64,000 nucleotides of DNA from an uncultured Gemmatimonadales bacterium. Its GTDB lineage: Bacteria > Gemmatimonadota > Gemmatimonadetes > Gemmatimonadales > GWC2-71-9. Positions 39,758 to 49,238 of this stretch are shown here, piece after piece (position 1 is the first letter of the stretch; each line of letters starts with the position of its first letter). The DNA lies in contig CAVSLV010000003.1 of the NCBI GenBank assembly GCA_963728915.1, positions 160,001 through 224,000 of the forward strand, read 5' to 3'. The translations under genes were made by a program, and so were the position numbers. The notes beneath the pieces were generated by a model. That model saw only the letters and a list, made by a program, of their open reading frames with translations. It did not search any database and was not told where the DNA came from.

Positions 39758-40449
39758 CCTTTCCCCATCAGGCCGTCGAGCAGGAGGGGATACACCGTGG
39801 CGCTGACCCGGTCCTCCGTCAGGGTGGCGGCGTCGTCCGACCAGTGCCGGTGCACCATCGCCCAGGTGAGCGTTTCCACCACGAAGTGCGCCACCACCAG
39901 CGGTTCGGCCCGCCGCGGTATCGCACCTTCCTCCATTCTCCGGCCAAGATAGTCCCCGATCCGCCGGATTCCGCCGCGCCAGAACCGCCGGTAGAAGATC
40001 TGAGAGAGATCGGGCCAGTCGGTGGCGGATCGCTCGATCAACTTGATCGCCTTGCGATATCGGGTGAGCCAGGCGCCAAGCTCCTGGAGAATCCCGCTGA
40101 CCTCGCGCCGCACGTCACCGGGAGGGGGAGAATCGATGGCCACCCAGAGGAGCGGGAAATGAGAGGCGTTCTGGATCGAGCGCCAGGCGTGGTCGGCGAT
40201 CTCCCCTCGGGCGGGTGCGGGGTGCGGCAGCGGGATGTCCCAGATGGTAGGATCCTCGAGCGAGCGCCGGAGCGCGAGATCGAAGAGGGCCTCCTTGCCC
40301 TCGGCGTAGAGGTAGACGGTCCCGGGGCCCACTTTGGCGAGCTGGGCGATGCTGCTCACCCTGGCCTTGGCGAATCCCTGCTGGATGAATGTGTCCGTGG
40401 CGGCATTCGCGATGTCATCGAGCCGCCTGGGAGCCTTACGTCTTGGCAT
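39754..40449 (-). CDS. TetR/AcrR transcriptional regulator
   Basis: F..QGF...VSSIAQLAKVGPGTVYLY...KEALF HTH. Confidence 0.9.
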   Translation of the reverse strand: MPRRKAPRRLDDIANAATDTFIQQGFAKARVSSIAQLAKVGPGTVYLYAEGKEALFDLALRRSLEDPTIWDIPLPHPAPARGEIADHAWRSIQNASHFPLLWVAIDSPPPGDVRREVSGILQELGAWLTRYRKAIKLIERSATDWPDLSQIFYRRFWRGGIRRIGDYLGRRMEEGAIPRRAEPLVVAHFVVETLTWAMVHRHWSDDAATLTEDRVSATVYPLLLDGLMGKG

Positions 40450-40483
40450 TAATTAATAATAATTGATTCAGTTATTTTGTAAA
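40450..40483 (-). promoter_or_regulatory. Leaderless sigma70 promoter of tetR with overlapping palindromic operator
   Basis: TTTACA-N16-TATTAT-N6-ATG; palindrome AATAATTGATTCAGTTATT at 40458-40476. Confidence 0.75.
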
Positions 40484-40552
40484 GTGCTAAACCACTGGGG
40501 CTGGACTACTGATTGGGATCTCAGCGGTTCGGTCCCCTGCCTGCTCCCCCTC

Positions 40553-40592
40553 TGTCCGCCAGTCCGTCTATCCGCCGGTCCGCCGGTCCCCC
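40553..40592. repeat. Octamer tandem array (NNTCCGCC)x5
   Basis: TGTCCGCC AGTCCGTC TATCCGCC GGTCCGCC GGTCCCCC. Confidence 0.7.
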
Positions 40593-40695
40593 GCTTCCTC
40601 CCTTCCTGTCATTCGTCTCCATGGTTAACCTAGAAATGTGCGCGACGGCGTCGTCTGGCGTCGTCGCGCCGTTCGTCCAAGGTCCAGGAGTAGTC

Positions 40696-42285
40696 ATGCG
40701 AATCCGGAAGTTGGCGGTTTGGTCCGCCCTGCTCGCGCTCCCTCTGGTGGGGGGAGCCTTCATTCGGGAAAGTCAGCAGGCGGCCGACGGCGCCCGCCTC
40801 TTTGCCCAGGTCCTTCAGCGGATCCAGGAAAACTCGGTGGATTCGCTGAGCCGGAGCACCATCTACGAGAAGGCCGCTCGAGGCCTGGTGAAGAATCTCC
40901 AGGACCCCTACGCCGACCTCTATTCCCCCGAGGAGCTGGCGTCGTTCCAGCGTAACACGCTGCGGAACGACTACGCCGGCCTCGGCATGTCGATCCGCCA
41001 GCAGGACGATCAGGTCGTCATCGAAACCGTCTTCCCCAATACCCCGGCCGCGGCGGGCGGGCTGATTCCCGGCGACCACATCGTCATGATCGACAGTACC
41101 TCCACCATCGGCTGGCGAACCGGTCAGGTCTCCGAGAAGCTGATCGGCAAGGCGGGAACTTCGGTCGAGCTCACCGTGCGGCGGCCGGGGGTGCCCGAGC
41201 CGATCCGCGGGAAGTTCGTGCGGGCGAACATCCGGGTGCCCGCGGTTCCCTACACCCTGGTGCTCGAGAACGGGGTGGGCTACATCCCGCTTCAGGCCTT
41301 CAACAACGCGGCCGCCGAGGACGTGGCCCGGGCCCTCACCGGGCTTCGAACCCGCGGGGCGCGTTCCTACGTGATCGATCTCCGGGGGAACGGCGGCGGC
41401 GCGCTCGATCAGGCCCTCGACATCAGCAATCTGTTCCTCACCGCCGGGGAGGAGATCGCCAGCGTGCGGCACCGCGGCCGGGAGCCCGAGGTCTACAATG
41501 CCAACCGCCCGGCCCCCCTGGTGGATTCGATGCCGGTGGTGGTGCTGGTGGACGGCGCGACCGCTTCCGCCTCCGAGATCGTCGCGGGGTCACTCCAGGA
41601 TCACGACCGCGCCCTGGTGGTCGGGACGACGTCGTACGGCAAGGGGCTGGTGCAGACGCTCTTCCAGCTCGATGGCGGCTGGGCGATCAAGCTCACGACG
41701 GGCAAGTGGTACACCCCGAGCGGGCGTTCGATCCAGGCCGAGCACGACCGGCTCGAGGACGAGCGGTTCGTGGAATACGCCGATTCGACCAAGGGGCCCG
41801 AGGCCCACAAGCGCCCCGAGTTCAAGTCCGATGCGGGCCGGGTCATTCTGGGTGGGGGAGGAATCACCCCGGACATGGTCATCGAGCCCGACACCACCAG
41901 CGCCGCCGAGCGGGAGCTGGGCAAGGCGGTGGCGCCGACCCTGCCGGCCTGGTTCGCGACCATCGCGGGTTATGCGCAGGACGTGAAGGCCAACCTGCGC
42001 CCCGACTTCAAGATGACTCCCGCGATCCGGGACGAGTTCTTCAACCGGCTGGTCCAGGCCAAGGTGAACGTGACCCGGGCCCAGTTCGACGCCGCTCAGC
42101 CCGCCATCGACCGGCTGCTGGAGCTCGAGTTCACCAAGTGGGCCTTCGGCGATTCAGCGCGTCTCCGCCGGAGCATTCCCAGCGACGAGCAGCTGGTCGC
42201 CGCGCTGGACCTGCTCAAGCGGACCTCTTCGCAGCGGCAGCTCCTCGCCATGGCGGAGGCGGAGGGCAAGAAGAAGCAGCAGTAG
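40696..42285 (+). CDS. S41 carboxy-terminal processing protease (CtpA/Prc-like)
   Basis: DPY, PDZ, IDLRGNGGG, ASASEI, GKG, YTPSGRSI. Confidence 0.92.
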   Translation: MRIRKLAVWSALLALPLVGGAFIRESQQAADGARLFAQVLQRIQENSVDSLSRSTIYEKAARGLVKNLQDPYADLYSPEELASFQRNTLRNDYAGLGMSIRQQDDQVVIETVFPNTPAAAGGLIPGDHIVMIDSTSTIGWRTGQVSEKLIGKAGTSVELTVRRPGVPEPIRGKFVRANIRVPAVPYTLVLENGVGYIPLQAFNNAAAEDVARALTGLRTRGARSYVIDLRGNGGGALDQALDISNLFLTAGEEIASVRHRGREPEVYNANRPAPLVDSMPVVVLVDGATASASEIVAGSLQDHDRALVVGTTSYGKGLVQTLFQLDGGWAIKLTTGKWYTPSGRSIQAEHDRLEDERFVEYADSTKGPEAHKRPEFKSDAGRVILGGGGITPDMVIEPDTTSAAERELGKAVAPTLPAWFATIAGYAQDVKANLRPDFKMTPAIRDEFFNRLVQAKVNVTRAQFDAAQPAIDRLLELEFTKWAFGDSARLRRSIPSDEQLVAALDLLKRTSSQRQLLAMAEAEGKKKQQ

Positions 42286-42297
42286 GGCCAGGCAGGG

Positions 42298-44145
42298 CTA
42301 GCTGACGACGGCTCCCCGGAGGATTCCGTCCCGGATCTGCGCCGCTTTGGGTCCGGCCTTCGGGTCAAAGTCCAGCGCACTGTTGATCACCGGCTCGAGC
42401 CGGACGGCGGCGTTCACGGTTCGTTCTTCCCCGTTTCGTTGAATCACGATCGGGATGACCGTTCCCGGGGCGTCGCCATAGCGCTGGCGGAACAGATTCC
42501 CCCAGTCGTTCCCCGCGATCGCGACGTCCCCGACCCGCACCAGCACGTCTCCCGGCTCCAGTCCGGCCTGTGCCGCCGCTGATCCGGGGGTGATTTCCGT
42601 CACGATCACCTTGGTGCTGTCGCTCAGCGTGCTGACACCGAGCCGGGGTACCATCACCGTATCGATCTGATAGGCGAGACCGGCCAGGGGCGCGTCCGCC
42701 TTCCAGGGCAGGGTGGCCCGGCCATCCACGTACCGTGCGGCGAAATCGGTGAAGGACTTCCCGCCCGCCTCCAGGCTCGCGGCGGCCCAGAAATCGGCGG
42801 GGGTGAACCCGCGGCCCCGTTTGTAGGCGGTCTGATAGAGTGATCGCATCACGTCGTCCAGACCGTGGCGGTTGTTGGTGGCGTTCCGGATTTCGATGTC
42901 GAGCAGCAGCCCGACCAGCGAGCCCTTGTCGTAGTAGATGTACTCGGTCCCGTCGAGGGGATGCACCCAGGTGCTGAGCGACGCGTCATTCAGGGAGATG
43001 GCGGGACGGTCGATCACGTTCTGGATCTTGCCCTCGGTCACCGCGAGGAACGTGGTCGAGTCGATGACCCCGCCCCGCACCAGGACCAGGTCGGCGTAAT
43101 AGTCGGTAATGCCTTCGCTCACCCAGAGGAGCGGGGTAGGCTGGGGCCGGTCGTACCGGTACGGCACCATGTCGGCGGGCCGGAGCCGCTTCACGTTCCA
43201 GGCGTGGATCATTTCGTGAGCGGTGATCGACGCGAGCACCGGCGTCCCGATGAAGTTCGGGTTGTAGATCCCGACGTGCGAGTTGCGGTGCTCCAGGGCC
43301 GACCCGCCGCCCATCGCCGAATCGAAGATGATCATGGTGGAGTAGTCGGTGTACGGCACTTCGCCGAACACCTTCGACATCTCCGGCACGAATCCCTTCA
43401 TCTGGCCCCAGAGGAGCTGCCGGCCCGCTCCGGTAAAGCTGCCCGCGGGATAGCTCGCCAGGCGCTGCCAGGCGCCATCGATCCGGGCGCTGTCGAGATC
43501 GAACCGCCCGATGAAAAAGGGCGAATCCACCAGGTCGTGATAGGTCCCGGCGCGATAGCGGGGCGCGCCGCCGGCCCCGCTGTCCAGGGCGAGCCCGGTG
43601 ACCACCCGCCAGCCGGGCGCGGTGTGGACCTCGACCCGGGAGGGATAGGTCAGGTTGCTGCCCTCGGGGTAGAGGAACACGTTGGTCCCGTTGACCAGCG
43701 CGAAGTCCCGCCGGGACCAGTCCATCGCGTTGTCGAGCGTATCGGCGAGGACGGTGAAGGCGACCTGCACGGTGCCGGCCGCCCCCGGCCTAACCCGCCA
43801 GGTGTCGAAGTCGGTCTTTTCCCAGTCGACCGGATGCCCTCCCATCGTGACCGAGAAGTCCTCCACCCGGCGCACGAAGTTGCTGATCTCGTAGGAACCC
43901 GGGGTCCAGGCCGGGAGCGAGAGCGCGAGCGGAGCCGCGCCCGCCACGTCGAAGCGCATCCCCACTTTCACGGTCCGGGTCGCAGCGGTGGACGAATCGA
44001 AGGTCAGGTCATAGCGGATATTGGCGGGGATGGCCTGGGACGCGGCGGCCCCGGGCTGCGCCCCCGGCGCGGCCTCCTGGCCGAGGGCCGGATGGGCCGC
44101 CGCGAGGAAGACATACAGCAGGGTCACGCGCACCAGCATCTTCAT
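42298..44145 (-). CDS. M61 glycyl aminopeptidase with PDZ domain
   Basis: PAWTPGSY, LVDSP, ALEH, HEMIHAWNVKR, WVSEG, YYDKG; C-terminal PDZ. Confidence 0.9.
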   Translation of the reverse strand: MKMLVRVTLLYVFLAAAHPALGQEAAPGAQPGAAASQAIPANIRYDLTFDSSTAATRTVKVGMRFDVAGAAPLALSLPAWTPGSYEISNFVRRVEDFSVTMGGHPVDWEKTDFDTWRVRPGAAGTVQVAFTVLADTLDNAMDWSRRDFALVNGTNVFLYPEGSNLTYPSRVEVHTAPGWRVVTGLALDSGAGGAPRYRAGTYHDLVDSPFFIGRFDLDSARIDGAWQRLASYPAGSFTGAGRQLLWGQMKGFVPEMSKVFGEVPYTDYSTMIIFDSAMGGGSALEHRNSHVGIYNPNFIGTPVLASITAHEMIHAWNVKRLRPADMVPYRYDRPQPTPLLWVSEGITDYYADLVLVRGGVIDSTTFLAVTEGKIQNVIDRPAISLNDASLSTWVHPLDGTEYIYYDKGSLVGLLLDIEIRNATNNRHGLDDVMRSLYQTAYKRGRGFTPADFWAAASLEAGGKSFTDFAARYVDGRATLPWKADAPLAGLAYQIDTVMVPRLGVSTLSDSTKVIVTEITPGSAAAQAGLEPGDVLVRVGDVAIAGNDWGNLFRQRYGDAPGTVIPIVIQRNGEERTVNAAVRLEPVINSALDFDPKAGPKAAQIRDGILRGAVVS

Positions 44146-44927
44146 CAGGATACCGCCCGCTTCTGAAACGTTCGGAGACCCAACAACAGGAAAATCCCGC
44201 TGATCACCACCAGCGCGATCGCCACGACACCCAGCGGCATGTGCGGGAGACCGGGGGTCAATACGCCCCTCATGCCTTCGGAGACGTACACCAGCGGGTT
44301 CACCAGCACCGCAATCTGGAGCGGCCGGGCCACCCGCAGCGCCTGCCAGGGATAGTAGGCGCAGCCGAAAAAGATCATCGGCGCGACGATGAGCCCGAAC
44401 ATGAGCCCGATCTGCTCGCCCCGGATCCCCGAGCCCAGCAGCAGGCCGAATCCCGAGAACGCGATCGCTCCGAGCAGGGTCATGGCGAAGACCACCGCCA
44501 GGTGCGTCGCGTTGAGGCCCTCGATCGGTCCCATGATGAGGCGAGCCACCGGCAGCACGAAGAGCGCGGCGATGAGTCCCTGCACCACGCCCGCGGTCAC
44601 CTTCTCCAGCGCCACCACCCAGATCGGCACCGGGGCGAGCAGGCGGTCCTCGATCTCGCGGGTCCAGCCGAAGTCGGCCACCATCGGCAGCGCCACGGCC
44701 TGGACGCTGGCGAAGGCCAGGCTGATGCCGAGGATCCCCGGCAGGAGCGCCCCCGCATAGCCGCGCTGCACGAAGCCCATCCGGGGCAGCAGGTAGCCGA
44801 ACACGATCACGAACATGATCGGGTTCAAGGTGGAGCGGAGCAGAAACGACGGCAGCTCCCGGGAGATGACGTGGGCGTCCCGCCGGATCAGCGCGCCGAA
44901 CACCTTCCAGGGTGAGGGATGACTCAC
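44145..44927 (-). CDS. ABC-2 type permease
   Basis: IEDRLLAP, NPLVYVSEGMR; six TM helices. Confidence 0.9.
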   Translation of the reverse strand: MSHPSPWKVFGALIRRDAHVISRELPSFLLRSTLNPIMFVIVFGYLLPRMGFVQRGYAGALLPGILGISLAFASVQAVALPMVADFGWTREIEDRLLAPVPIWVVALEKVTAGVVQGLIAALFVLPVARLIMGPIEGLNATHLAVVFAMTLLGAIAFSGFGLLLGSGIRGEQIGLMFGLIVAPMIFFGCAYYPWQALRVARPLQIAVLVNPLVYVSEGMRGVLTPGLPHMPLGVVAIALVVISGIFLLLGLRTFQKRAVS

Positions 44928-45940
44928 TCGAGCTTCCTCCCGGTGAGCGACACGAACAGGGTTTCCAGGCTGGGCGGGGTGAGCCGGATATCGAGTGGCG
45001 CCAGCCCCGCGACTTCCGCGGCGCGCAGCAATGCGGGGATGCTCTCGGCGACCCGGTCCGCATGGGCCCGGAGTGTGGCCTGGCTCACGCTGATCCGACT
45101 CAGCCCGGGAAGCCCCTCCATGGGCCCGACCAGTGGCTCCGCCGGGGCGTCGAAGGTGACTTCAAGCAAGGTCCCCCCGGGCGCCAGCCGGCGGAGGCCG
45201 CTCGGGGTATCGAGGGCGAGCAGCTTGCCGCGATCCACGATCGCCAGCCGCTCGCAGAGCCGGTCGGCCTCCTCCATGTAATGGGTGGTCATCACGATGG
45301 TGCGTCCCTGGCTGTGCAGGGAGCGGAGGACCTCCCAGAGCCCGAGCCGCGCCTGGGGATCCAGTCCCACGGTGGGTTCGTCGAGAAACAGGATCTCGGG
45401 CTCGTGGATCAGGGCCCGCGCGATCATGAGCCGCTGCTGCTGGCCCCCGGAGAGCTGGTCCACCTTGGCCTCGGCCCGGTCCCCGATGCCCATTTGCTCG
45501 AGCAGCTGGCGGGCCCGGGGCAGCGAGATCACCCGGGCAATGCCGAAATAGGCCGCGTGAAACAGCAGGTTCTGGATGACGGTGAGCTGGCGGTCCGGGT
45601 TAGGGCGCTGGGGAACTACCCCGATCCGCTGCTTCACCCCGACCGGATTGGCCACCACGTCGATGCCCGCGACCGCCGCGCTGCCGCCGGTGGGCCGCAC
45701 CCGGGTGGTGAGGATCCCGATGGTGGTCGTCTTGCCGGCGCCGTTGGGTCCGAGCAGCCCGAAGAATTCCCCGGCCCGGATTTCCAGGTCGAGGCCGTCG
45801 AGCGCCAGGATTTCGCGGCCGCCGCCGGGACCAGCCGGAGCGCCGGGGGGACCCAGCGGCACCCCACCCATGCTCCGGGGCCGGGCGGTCGGGGCGGGAT
45901 AGACCTTGCGAAGAGCGCGGGTTTGGATCGCGGGAGGCAC
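44924..45940 (-). CDS. ABC-2 (DrrA-like) ATP-binding protein
   Basis: GPNGAGKTT, LSGGQ, LDEPT, TTHYMEEA. Confidence 0.92.
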   Translation of the reverse strand: MPPAIQTRALRKVYPAPTARPRSMGGVPLGPPGAPAGPGGGREILALDGLDLEIRAGEFFGLLGPNGAGKTTTIGILTTRVRPTGGSAAVAGIDVVANPVGVKQRIGVVPQRPNPDRQLTVIQNLLFHAAYFGIARVISLPRARQLLEQMGIGDRAEAKVDQLSGGQQQRLMIARALIHEPEILFLDEPTVGLDPQARLGLWEVLRSLHSQGRTIVMTTHYMEEADRLCERLAIVDRGKLLALDTPSGLRRLAPGGTLLEVTFDAPAEPLVGPMEGLPGLSRISVSQATLRAHADRVAESIPALLRAAEVAGLAPLDIRLTPPSLETLFVSLTGRKLE

Positions 45941-46001
45941 GGGAGGAAAGTAAACGGGGTGGCGGACGCCGTTTATTCTTTGGGTGATGGAAGAGCCACC
46001 C

Positions 46002-47243
46002 ATGACGAGCCGGCGGGAATGGATCGCCCAGGCGAGCAGTGTGCTGGCCTTCTCCGGGCTCGAGATGCCCCGGGCAGCACCGGAAACCGGGGCACCGGCG
46101 TCGGTGCGCGACGACTTTCCCATCACCCGGCGTCTGGTCTACCTGAACAACGCCTCGGTCCACCCGATGAGCACATCCACCCGTCGGGCGGTCCAGGATT
46201 ATTTCGACAGCCGCAACCGGGGAGAGCCGGGCGGGGGCACCCCCGATGTGCCGGTGGACGTGCCTCGCATCAAGTCCCTCTATGCCGGGTTGATCGGCGC
46301 GCAGGCCTCGGACATCGCGCTGGTCCCCAGCACCACCGCGGGGGAGAACCTGGTGGTTACAGGCCTCGGCATCCCCCGATCGGGCGGCAACGTGGTCACG
46401 GACGCGCTGCACTTCGAGGGCTCTCACTACATGTATCAGAGCCTCAAGCAGCAGGGCCTCGACGTCCGCGTGGTCCCGGCCCGTGACGGCGCGATCGATC
46501 TCCAGGACATGGAGCGGATGGTCGACCGTAACACGAAGCTGGTCGCGGTGTCGTTCGTTTCATGGGCGAATGGTTTTACCCACGATCTCGCGAAGGTGAG
46601 CGCCCTGGCGCACGCCAGCGGCGCCCTGGTCTACGCCGACCTGATCCAGGGGGTCGGGAACCGCCCGCTCGATGTGGTGGCCGCCGGGGTCGATTTCGCG
46701 GCGAGCGCCAGCTACAAATGGCTCATGGGCGACTTCGGGGTGGCGTTCCTCTATGCGCGGCAGGAGCATCTGGGCCGGGCCTTCCACCGAGTCCAGTATG
46801 GCTTCCGCCAGATCGAGAACGAAGAGACCCACATCCTCCCTGGCGATCCTCCTGCCGAGGCGCCCCTCACCTGGACCGAGCGTCCCGGCGCCGGGGCCTG
46901 GTTCGAGGTCGGAACCTGGGCCACTCCGGTGCTGGCAGCCCTGAGCAACTCGCTCGTGTTTCTGCACGGCTACGGCGTTTCCCGAATCCACGAACACAAC
47001 CGGACGCTGGCACTGCGGGTGCAACGCGAACTGCCGCGGCACGGGTACACGCCGCTGACGCCCGATAGTTCCATCGGCTCCATCGTGAGCTTTGTGCCCG
47101 GGGACATGCAGGACACTGTCCGGCGGCTCGAGCGGGCCCGGGTCAGCGTGGGCCTGAACCCGCACCGGATCCGGATTTCGCCTTCCATCTATAACAACGA
47201 TGAGGACATAGACGCACTCCTCTCCGCGTTGACCTCCTCTTGA
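46002..47243 (+). CDS. Class V PLP-dependent aminotransferase/desulfurase-like enzyme with Tat-like signal
   Basis: SRREWI; YLNNAS, DLIQG, SYKWL, RISPSIYN. Confidence 0.85.
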   Translation: MTSRREWIAQASSVLAFSGLEMPRAAPETGAPASVRDDFPITRRLVYLNNASVHPMSTSTRRAVQDYFDSRNRGEPGGGTPDVPVDVPRIKSLYAGLIGAQASDIALVPSTTAGENLVVTGLGIPRSGGNVVTDALHFEGSHYMYQSLKQQGLDVRVVPARDGAIDLQDMERMVDRNTKLVAVSFVSWANGFTHDLAKVSALAHASGALVYADLIQGVGNRPLDVVAAGVDFAASASYKWLMGDFGVAFLYARQEHLGRAFHRVQYGFRQIENEETHILPGDPPAEAPLTWTERPGAGAWFEVGTWATPVLAALSNSLVFLHGYGVSRIHEHNRTLALRVQRELPRHGYTPLTPDSSIGSIVSFVPGDMQDTVRRLERARVSVGLNPHRIRISPSIYNNDEDIDALLSALTSS

Positions 47244-47256
47244 TACGATTTTGACG
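47240..47256 (+). promoter_or_regulatory. Putative KdpE-binding direct repeat
   Basis: TTGATA (47240) and TTGACG (47251) at an 11-bp period, similar to the E. coli TTTATA/TTTACA KdpE half-sites; upstream of the kdp operon. Confidence 0.55.
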
Positions 47257-47311
47257 GGGCGGGGGCCGGTTCGTACCCCGCCTTGACGCGCGTCGCAGTA
47301 CTCTCCCAACC

Positions 47312-47425
47312 ATGACCGACTTCCTCTACATCGCCGGCACGATCGGCTTCTTCGCGCTGATGGTGCTCTACGTCCGGGCCCTGGACTCGCTGGGGCGGCG
47401 CCAACCCCCGGGAGGCGAGCGATGA
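47312..47425 (+). CDS. 37-aa single-TM peptide upstream of kdpF
   Basis: MTDFLYIAGTIGFFALMVLYVRALDSLGRRQPPGGER; ATGA overlap with kdpF; not in the ORF track. Confidence 0.7.
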   Translation: MTDFLYIAGTIGFFALMVLYVRALDSLGRRQPPGGER

Positions 47426-47511
47426 GTGCCCTCTCCGTGATCGGCCTCGTGCTCTCCGTCCTCCTCACCGGCTACCTCGTCTACGTGATGATCCGCCCGG
47501 AGCGCTTCTGA
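47422..47511 (+). CDS. kdpF: K+-transporting ATPase subunit F
   Basis: MSALSVIGLVLSVLLTGYLVYVMIRPERF (YL..PE.F signature); GGAGG SD; not in the ORF track. Confidence 0.9.
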   Translation: MSALSVIGLVLSVLLTGYLVYVMIRPERF

Positions 47512-47512
47512 G

Positions 47513-49237
47513 ATGACCGCGAACGGCTGGGCTCAGATCGCCCTATACTGTCTGGCGCTCCTCCTGGTGACGAAACCGCTGGGCTGGTACATGATGAAAG
47601 TGTACGACGGCTCGCTGCGGTGGATGGGCTGGCTCGAGCGACCACTATATCGCCTGGCCGGCGTTGATCCCGCCGAGGATCAGCACTGGACCCGGTACGC
47701 CGTATCGATGCTGCTCTTCAGCGTGTTCGGCATGCTGCTGAGCTACGGGGTGTTCCGGCTGCAGGCCGTCCTGCCCTGGAATCCGGCGCATCTGCCCGCC
47801 GTTTCGGACCACCAGGCCTTCGAAACCGCCGCATCCTTCACTACCAACACCAACTGGCAGTCCTATGGGGGAGAGACGACGATGTCGTACTTCTCCCAGA
47901 TGACCCAGCTCACCTTCCACAACTTCGTGTCCGCCGCGGTGGGCATGGCACTGGTGATCGGGTTGATTCGCGGCATCGCGCGGCACGGGGCCGAAGCGAA
48001 GGGCCGGATCGGGAATTTCTGGGCCGACATGGTCCGGAGCACGCTCTACATCCTGCTGCCCCTCTCGATCGTGATGGCGCTGATCCTGGTCTCCCAGGGC
48101 GTGATCCAGAACTTCAAGCCCTACCTCGATCTTACCACGCTCGAGGGCGCCAAGCAGACCCTCGCGATGGGCCCGGCGGCGAGCCAGATCGCCATCAAGC
48201 AGCTCGGCTCCAATGGCGGCGGCTTTTTCAACGTGAATTCGGCCCACCCCTTCGAGAACGCCACGCCGCTTTCCAACTGGTTGGAGATGTTCGCGCTTCT
48301 CGCGCTGGCCTCCGGTCTGGTGTGGACCTTCGGGAACATGGTGAAGAACCGGCGGCATGGCTGGGCGGTGTGGGCTACGATGTTCACCCTGTTCGTCGCA
48401 GGGGTCACGACCTCCTACTGGCAGGAAGGCAAAGGCAATCCGATTCACGCCGAGCGCGGAGTGGATGTCACACCGAGCGCGACGAACCCCGGCGGGAACA
48501 TGGAAGGCAAGGAGGTGCGGTTCGGCCACGCCAATTCCGCCCTCTGGGCCACCGCGACGACCGACGCTTCCAACGGCTCGGTCAATTCGATGCACGACTC
48601 CTATACTCCGCTGGCCGGGATGGTGCCGCTGGTCAACATCCAGCTGGGCGAAGTGATCTTCGGCGGCGTGGGCGCGGGGCTCTACGGCATGCTCGTGATG
48701 GTGATCCTGGCGATCTTCATCGCCGGGTTAATGGTGGGGAGGACCCCGGAGTACCTCGGGAAACGGATCCAGGCCCGGGAAGTTCAGGTCGCCATTCTCT
48801 ACGTGCTGATCTTCCCGCTGGTCATTCTCGGCTTCACCGCGCTCTCGGTGGTGGTGGGACCGGGACTCGCGGGGAGGAACAATGCCGGTCCTCATGGGCT
48901 CACCGAAATCCTCTATGCCTTTTCGTCGACGACCGGCAACAACGGGAGCGCTTTCGCGGGGCTGACGGGCTCGACCTACTACTACAACACTCTGCTCGGC
49001 CTGGCGACGCTGCTGGGCCGTTTCGCGATGATCGTTCCCATGGTGGCGCTGGGCGGGTTCCTCGCGGAGCGGAAGGTCGCGGCGACCACTGCCGGCACGT
49101 TCCCGGTCACCACGCCGCTCTTCGTGGTCCTGCTGCTCGGCGTCATCCTGATCGTGGGCGCGCTCACCTTCTTCCCGGTGCTTTCGCTCGGGCCCATCGT
49201 GGAGCACCTCGCGATGCACGCCGGGAGACTCTTCTAA
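47513..49237 (+). CDS. kdpA: K+-transporting ATPase subunit A
   Basis: [35 protein letters not shown]. Confidence 0.97.
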   Translation: MTANGWAQIALYCLALLLVTKPLGWYMMKVYDGSLRWMGWLERPLYRLAGVDPAEDQHWTRYAVSMLLFSVFGMLLSYGVFRLQAVLPWNPAHLPAVSDHQAFETAASFTTNTNWQSYGGETTMSYFSQMTQLTFHNFVSAAVGMALVIGLIRGIARHGAEAKGRIGNFWADMVRSTLYILLPLSIVMALILVSQGVIQNFKPYLDLTTLEGAKQTLAMGPAASQIAIKQLGSNGGGFFNVNSAHPFENATPLSNWLEMFALLALASGLVWTFGNMVKNRRHGWAVWATMFTLFVAGVTTSYWQEGKGNPIHAERGVDVTPSATNPGGNMEGKEVRFGHANSALWATATTDASNGSVNSMHDSYTPLAGMVPLVNIQLGEVIFGGVGAGLYGMLVMVILAIFIAGLMVGRTPEYLGKRIQAREVQVAILYVLIFPLVILGFTALSVVVGPGLAGRNNAGPHGLTEILYAFSSTTGNNGSAFAGLTGSTYYYNTLLGLATLLGRFAMIVPMVALGGFLAERKVAATTAGTFPVTTPLFVVLLLGVILIVGALTFFPVLSLGPIVEHLAMHAGRLF

Positions 49238-49238
49238 C

